This document shows positions 60,101-64,000 of a DNA stretch of 64,000 nt, one piece after another. This stretch comes from Elusimicrobiota bacterium (GTDB lineage Bacteria; Elusimicrobiota; Elusimicrobia; UBA1565; UBA9628): contig JAUYSH010000120.1 of NCBI GenBank assembly GCA_030696455.1, forward strand, positions 42,317 to 106,316. Reading direction: 5' to 3'. A program made the translations under genes and the position numbers. The notes beneath the pieces are model-generated. The model had not been told where the DNA came from, made no database searches, and worked only from the letters and a program-made list of their open reading frames with translations. How positions within the stretch are numbered: position 1 is the stretch's first letter; each line of letters opens with the position of its first letter.

Positions 60101-60412
60101 CCAGTAGATGTCGGTCCCGTCCTCGAAGATGACGTAGACATAGGAGAAGCCGAAGTCGGAGTAGCCGCGCACCGCCTTCACCTTCGGCGCGCCGAGGAGC
60201 GCGGTGACGATGGGGTAGGTGACCTGGTCCTCGAGGATGTCGGGGGAGCGGTCCCAGCGGGAGTAGACGATGACCTGGGTGTCGGAGAGGTCCGGGATGG
60301 CGTCGAGGCTGATGTTCTTGACGCAGTACCAGGAGCCGGCCAAGGCGACCGCGGTCAGAATGATGACCAGGAACTTGTTGTGGACCGACCAACTGATGAG
60401 TTTTTTGATCAT
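57122..60412 (-). CDS. cusA: Heavy-metal efflux RND pump (CusA/CzcA family)
   Basis: 1096 aa, 12 TM helices, N-terminus MIKKLISWSVHNKFLVIILT typical of the HME-RND family. Confidence 0.95.
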   Translation of the reverse strand: MIKKLISWSVHNKFLVIILTAVALAGSWYCVKNISLDAIPDLSDTQVIVYSRWDRSPDILEDQVTYPIVTALLGAPKVKAVRGYSDFGFSYVYVIFEDGTDIYWARSRVLEYLSKILPQMPEGVRTELGPDATGVGWIYQYALVDKTGRHSLADLRSFQDWTLRYYLQSVPGVAEVASIGGFQKQYQVQVDPNALSAYRVPLSKVVDAIRDGNNDVGGRLVEFGGAEYMIRGRGYARSVEDLEKIVVGRDAKGTPILVKSVAKVTLGPDIRRGVLDLDGEGDAVGGTVVMRHGENALKVIERVKARLEEIKPSLPEGVELRQTYDRSELIEGAIGTLKHELFLQLCIVSLVILVFLWHIPSAVVPIVTIPVAVLLAFIPMYFMGVSANIMSISGIAISIGVLVDGAIIEVENAYKKLQLWDAGGRKGDFHQVRLEAMQEVGPSVFYSLLVIAVAFLPIFTLLDQEGRLFKPLAYTKNLTMFVAAFLAVTLDPAVRMLFSRMDYATFKPALLASLYNTVTVGRYYPEEKHPVSRRLYAVYDPACRWTLEHPWKVIATAALVVLTTIPVYMRLGSEFMPPLNEGTMLYMPTTLPGISVTEASKLLEAQDRVLKSFPEVESVFGKAGRMESSTDPAPFSMMETTVVLKPKEEWRKKERWYSSWLPELLQKPLRHIWWDRLTWDELVAEMDSKMRFPGATNAWTMPIKGRIDMLTTGVRTPIGIKVFGADLKTIEEVGAELEAVLRNIPGTRSVFAERTAGGYFVDFTLKRDQLARYGLSVKEVEMVIMSAIGGENVTTIIDGRARYSVNVRYPRELRDNLPKLRRVLVSTMDGAQIPLAQLADIELTLGPSMIRNENGMLAGYVYVDVAGRDIGSYVVEAKKKVAHAVKLPTGYALQWSGQYENMARVRERLKLVLPLTVVLIILLLYANTKSWVKTAIVMLAVPFSLIGAVWGFYLLDYNLSIAAWVGMIALMGLDAEMGVFMLLYLDLSYGQAVKEGKMRTFKDLVEAVVHGAVKRIRPKMMTVCTTMLGLLPIMWSIGTGADVMKRISAPIFFGLMTSFTMELLVFPPLFLLWKWHGDMKKGTVVPNPDDLQVMQH

Positions 60413-60419
60413 GAAGGGC

Positions 60420-61475
60420 TCAGTGATGCTCCTTGGCGGGCGCGGCCAGCGATTTGAGCTTCGACTCGGAGTCGATGAGGAAGTTCGCCGACGTCACCAC
60501 GCTCTCCCCCTCCTTCACGCCCGACAGGAGCTCGTAATAGCCGTCGGCCTCGCCGCCGACGCGGACCTCACGGGGCTCGAGACGGCCTTCCCCCAGGTCG
60601 ACGAAGACGAGCTTGCGCTCGCCGCTGTCGAGGAGAGCGCTCTCGGGCAAGGCGAGTGCTACGCCAAGGTCGACCTTGATCGCGGCGTTGACGAACATCT
60701 CGAGCTTGAGCAGTCCCCCGGGATTGGGCACCTCGATGCGCACCCTGAGGGAACGGGTCTCGGGCGAGATGTTCGGGTCGATGGTCTTCACCTTGCCGCG
60801 GAAGGTCCGGCCCGGGTAGGCGGGTGTGGTGATCTCCGCGGCGAGGCCGGGGCGGACCTTGGAGATCTCGTACTCGTAGATCTGCGCGTACACCCACACC
60901 GTCCCGCCGTCGCCGGCGAGGAGAAGGTTCTCGGGCACCTCCTCCTCCCCCGTGAAGGCCTCGATCGAGGACTCGGCGAGCCCGAGCTGACGCAGACGCA
61001 GGGCCGAGGCGCGCACCAGCGCGTCGGCCCGCTCGAGGGCGTCGGGCCAGGGGCTGTCCTTGACCTTCTCGCGCGCGACCATGGCGGAGTGATGCTCGGC
61101 GATGGCGTTGTAGAGGTCGGGATCGTACGCCACGCTGCCGGAGGCGCGCACGGTGAACGTGAGGCGCCGCTTTCCGAGCTTTTCGGTTTTCATTCCGATG
61201 AGCGAGCGCTTCTGCTCGGAGACGACGGCGGACGCCTGGCCGGCGACGCCCGTGTCCTCTCCGGCGGCGGGCTCCCGCAGGACGAGGTCCATCCCGCAGA
61301 TCGGGCACTCCCCCGGCTTGTCCGAGGTGATGGCCGGATGCATCGGGCAATGGTAGACCCCGGCCTGATGGGCCTCGTGCGGCGCATGGCCGCGGTGATA
61401 GAGGAAGTAGGAGCCGAAGGCCGCCGCGCCGGCGGCGAGGAGCGCGATCAAGACGTATTTTCTGTTCATGGTCAT
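60420..61475 (-). CDS. cusB: RND periplasmic adaptor (CusB-like) with an N-terminal CPxCG heavy-metal-binding domain
   Basis: YHCPMHPAITSDKPGECPICGMDL motif, then a membrane-fusion-protein beta-barrel/lipoyl fold. Confidence 0.9.
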   Translation of the reverse strand: MTMNRKYVLIALLAAGAAAFGSYFLYHRGHAPHEAHQAGVYHCPMHPAITSDKPGECPICGMDLVLREPAAGEDTGVAGQASAVVSEQKRSLIGMKTEKLGKRRLTFTVRASGSVAYDPDLYNAIAEHHSAMVAREKVKDSPWPDALERADALVRASALRLRQLGLAESSIEAFTGEEEVPENLLLAGDGGTVWVYAQIYEYEISKVRPGLAAEITTPAYPGRTFRGKVKTIDPNISPETRSLRVRIEVPNPGGLLKLEMFVNAAIKVDLGVALALPESALLDSGERKLVFVDLGEGRLEPREVRVGGEADGYYELLSGVKEGESVVTSANFLIDSESKLKSLAAPAKEHH

Positions 61476-61479
61476 ATCC

Positions 61480-62709
61480 TCAGGGAACCGTCTCGCGTCC
61501 GACGGCCCGCGACAAAGCCGCCAGCGCCCTCTCGAGATCCGCGTCGTGCCGCACCGACTCCAGGCGCGCGGTGATCAAGGATCGTCCCGCGTCGAGCAGG
61601 TCGAGGAAACCGGCCCGGTCCGACTGGTAGGCCGCCTCCGCCGAGCGCAGGGCCGACTCCGCCTGGGGGATCACCGTCGTGCGATAAGCCTCGCGCAGGC
61701 GGCTCTCGGTCAGGACGGAGGCGTGCGCCCCGCGCAGCGCGGCGAGCAGGTCGAGCTTCTCGCCGTCGCGCAGGGCCTCGGCGTAGCGGGCCTCGTAGCC
61801 GGCGTGCGACGCCGTCCCGGCCTGCTTCCAGAACCACACGGGCAGGGACAGGCCCAAAGACGCGTCGTGGGAGCGCATGCCGTTCTCGGCGCGCCGGCGG
61901 TAGCGCAGGGTCACGTCGGGCAGCCACTCGGAGCGCTTCATGCCCAGCTCGGCGCGGGCCTTGCCGGCCTCCCCGGCGGCGGCGGCGAGGCCGGGGTTCT
62001 CGGCGAGCGCGAGCGCGCGCAGCTCGGTCCAGGAGGCCGAGGGCGGCGCGGACGCCGGCGGCGCCAGGGCGGGCAGCGGGGCGTCCTCCTCGCGACCCAT
62101 CGCGGCGTTGAGCGCGGCGCGCGCGCCCGCGACGGCGGCCGAGGCGAGCGCCTTCTCGTTGAGCATGCGCGTCAGTTCCAGCTGGGCCTTCAGCGCGTCG
62201 GTCTGCGTCCCCTTGCCCGCGGCGTATTTGGCTTCGGCGACGCGCGAGAACCGGCGGAGCAGGTCGACGATCTCGTCGAGGAAGATCAGCGACCTCTCGG
62301 CCTCGTAGAGGTCCGCGTAGGCCTCCCGCGCCCGCGCCGAGGCCTCGACGACGGCCCGCCGGTGCAGCGCGGCGGCCGCGTCGGCCTCGAAGGAGGCGGC
62401 GCGGCCGCGGTAGAACAGCGCCGTCGGGAAGGGGAGCTGCTGGCTCACCGACCAGGTCCTCTCCGGTCCGGCGAGCGGGCTTCCCCCGATCGGAGCGCGC
62501 ATCCGCTCGAGCTCGAGCATGGGCTTCTCCGGCGTGGCCTCGCTCTTGACGAGCGCGCGCTCCGCGTCGCGATGCATCGCGGCGGCGCGCACGGACGGCG
62601 CGTCGCGGCGAGCCGCCTCGAGCACGGCGGGCAAGGTCAGGTCGGGCGCCTGGGCGCGTGACGGGACGGCGGTCCAGCACAGAAAGACGGCTGACAAGAA
62701 TCGAAGCAC
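61480..62709 (-). CDS. cusC: TolC-family outer-membrane efflux protein (CusC-like)
   Basis: Signal peptide and long coiled-coil helices with repeated structure. 409 aa. Confidence 0.85.
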   Translation of the reverse strand: MLRFLSAVFLCWTAVPSRAQAPDLTLPAVLEAARRDAPSVRAAAMHRDAERALVKSEATPEKPMLELERMRAPIGGSPLAGPERTWSVSQQLPFPTALFYRGRAASFEADAAAALHRRAVVEASARAREAYADLYEAERSLIFLDEIVDLLRRFSRVAEAKYAAGKGTQTDALKAQLELTRMLNEKALASAAVAGARAALNAAMGREEDAPLPALAPPASAPPSASWTELRALALAENPGLAAAAGEAGKARAELGMKRSEWLPDVTLRYRRRAENGMRSHDASLGLSLPVWFWKQAGTASHAGYEARYAEALRDGEKLDLLAALRGAHASVLTESRLREAYRTTVIPQAESALRSAEAAYQSDRAGFLDLLDAGRSLITARLESVRHDADLERALAALSRAVGRETVP

Positions 62710-62769
62710 GGTTCCTCCGGGAATGACGGCTTACGGCGTCGCCCATAAGACGCGGGCGAGCGGCGGACC

Positions 62770-63126
62770 TTACAGCCCGGAGGAAGGAGGCGACAGCCCG
62801 GAGTGCGTCCCGGGAGGCGCCTGCGGCGCCGAGGCGACGATGCGCGCGGGCGCGAAGCGGACCGCGGCGGGCGCCGCGGCGACGAAAACGGCGGAAGACG
62901 GCAGCGCCGGGGCGGGAGCGGCGACGGAAACGGCGGCGGGCAAAGGCGGGGCGTCGGCCGGGCGGCAGCAGGCCGGCGCGCTATCAGAAGGGGCGGAGGC
63001 CGGGGCTTTCCCGCCGGGGCAGCAGGCGTGGCTCGGCGCGGCGGCCTCGGCGCACAGAGGAGCCGCCCAGGAGAAGGACAGGGCCGCCGCGAACAGCAAT
63101 CCGAACGCCTTGCGAGTCATCATCAA
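62770..63126 (-). CDS. Secreted Cys-rich Ala/Pro-rich small protein
   Basis: Signal peptide, then CAEAAAPSHACCPGG...APACCRP (two CC pairs). Lies immediately upstream of cusC. Confidence 0.4.
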   Translation of the reverse strand: MMMTRKAFGLLFAAALSFSWAAPLCAEAAAPSHACCPGGKAPASAPSDSAPACCRPADAPPLPAAVSVAAPAPALPSSAVFVAAAPAAVRFAPARIVASAPQAPPGTHSGLSPPSSGL

Positions 63127-63217
63127 AGCATACCATGCAACGGAAATTCCCGCAAGGCGCTATGGTCTCCAAGTTCACGGAGTTTTAGCGGTGAAGCAGC
63201 CGGTTCCCCCCTGGGTG

Positions 63218-63964
63218 CTACGGGCCGTCCTCGGGAGCCGGCTCGCTCAGGGGCGCTCCGTTGGCCTCGCGCCGGAAGGTGGAGACCGCCTCGTAGACGA
63301 CCTTCCGGGTCCGGTTGATATTGCCCAGCGGCCGATGGGCGGGCAACGCATGCCACGGCGTGAAGGCGAGGTCCTCGCACCAGCGGGCGTGCGCCTCGCC
63401 GGTGAATTCCTGCACGGGAATCGATACGGTCGCCACGGGCACGAACGGAGATTTCTCCTGGTCCCAGGGTATGCGCGAGTCCTCCACCGGCATCGTCTCC
63501 GGCTCGGAGCGCCGCTGCACCATGAACTGGAAGCAGGCGGGCGCGCCCTCCCGGATCTCCAGGGACTTCATCATCGCCAGGCGCAGGTAGTCCGGGGAAT
63601 CGGCGCGGCGGGCGCGAAGGCGCGCGGGCTCGCAGGGGCGGACGGCGTATTTGACCACGTTCCGCTCGCCGAGCTGATAGGGGGTCGCGCTGAAATACGG
63701 CGCCAGCAGGGGATTGTCGACCTCGCCGCCTCTTTTCACGATCTGGCGGGCGGCCCGGAACTCGGTCCAGCGCCAGGGCAGCCGCCCGAAGAAGAACCAG
63801 GCCGGGTTGGAGCCCCTCTCCAGCCTCTTGAAGAACTCGAGGTAATCCTTGCCGTCCTTGATGAAGAAGGCGTCGTGCGTGATCAGCAGGAAATCCTGGG
63901 TTTGGGCGTTCCGTTCGCTTTCAAGGAGCTTCTCGCCTTCGACTCCCATGAGCTTGATCGCCAT
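63218..63964 (-). CDS. Hypothetical protein (frame stays open upstream to the window edge)
   Basis: A 248-aa ORF from the ATG at 63964. No family recognised. It may extend past base 64000. Confidence 0.35.
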   Translation of the reverse strand: MAIKLMGVEGEKLLESERNAQTQDFLLITHDAFFIKDGKDYLEFFKRLERGSNPAWFFFGRLPWRWTEFRAARQIVKRGGEVDNPLLAPYFSATPYQLGERNVVKYAVRPCEPARLRARRADSPDYLRLAMMKSLEIREGAPACFQFMVQRRSEPETMPVEDSRIPWDQEKSPFVPVATVSIPVQEFTGEAHARWCEDLAFTPWHALPAHRPLGNINRTRKVVYEAVSTFRREANGAPLSEPAPEDGP

Positions 63965-64000
63965 GCCGCGGGCGTCGCTTTTCTTGTCGGAACGAATCTC

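Noticed and set aside
56853-62746. ORFs 56853-58763 (-), 56867-60457 (+), 59169-60392 (-), 60270-61574 (+), 60568-61350 (-), 61468-62661 (+), 61472-62746 (-)
   Set aside because: Wrong-frame or antisense to cusA, cusB and cusC. Arg/Gly-rich translations.

Overview
This 64 kb window is high-GC (about 70%) bacterial chromosomal DNA, packed with genes that often overlap at GTGA/ATGA junctions, and I see no rRNA, tRNA, CRISPR array or obvious mobile element. All calls are by eye from the ORF track; no search or computation was run. Coordinates were counted by hand from the printed lines and checked against several start and stop codons.

Respiratory and haem genes:
- A caa3/aa3-type cytochrome c oxidase operon (coxB-coxA-coxC-subunit IV, two small membrane ORFs, ctaA, ctaB, a dihaem cytochrome c lipoprotein) at 1420-7839.
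- A Rieske/cytochrome b/multihaem cytochrome c/cytochrome c complex at 36450-40707.
- Directly upstream, haem genes cbiX-like, hemA and a ccsA/hemX-like gene at 40769-43637.

Copper locus:
- copA (P1B-ATPase) and cusCBA (RND efflux) with a DUF2231 gene.
- A Met-rich micropeptide and Cys/His-rich secreted proteins sit among them.

Other recognisable genes:
- A YyaL/DUF255 thioredoxin pair, crcB, a radical SAM enzyme, a YceI protein, an APC permease, L,D-transpeptidases and an RRM RNA-binding protein.
- A RES-Xre toxin-antitoxin pair with a clear sigma70 promoter and operator, a caspase-family lipoprotein, a ferredoxin and Bcp.
- A subtilisin, a type III PKS and two response regulators.

Most unusual:
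1. A co-directional cassette at 25861-33228: an HTH-receiver regulator, a ThDP enzyme, an O-methyltransferase, an orphan peptide-type binding protein, a cupin and a hybrid histidine kinase. I read it as a candidate small-molecule signal synthesis and sensing module.
2. A 1112-aa secreted protein at 43689-47027 that fuses a HAD phosphatase to two membrane segments and tandem PepSY domains.
3. A multihaem cytochrome c whose last haem domain is split by an in-frame TAA (37334-37336).
4. A type III PKS convergent with a redoxin and a methyltransferase carrying a polytopic membrane domain.
5. Four convergent gene pairs that share palindromic CTAG/TTAA stop codons.

Many long Arg/Pro/Gly-rich ORFs in the track are antisense or wrong-frame artefacts of the GC bias and are rejected.
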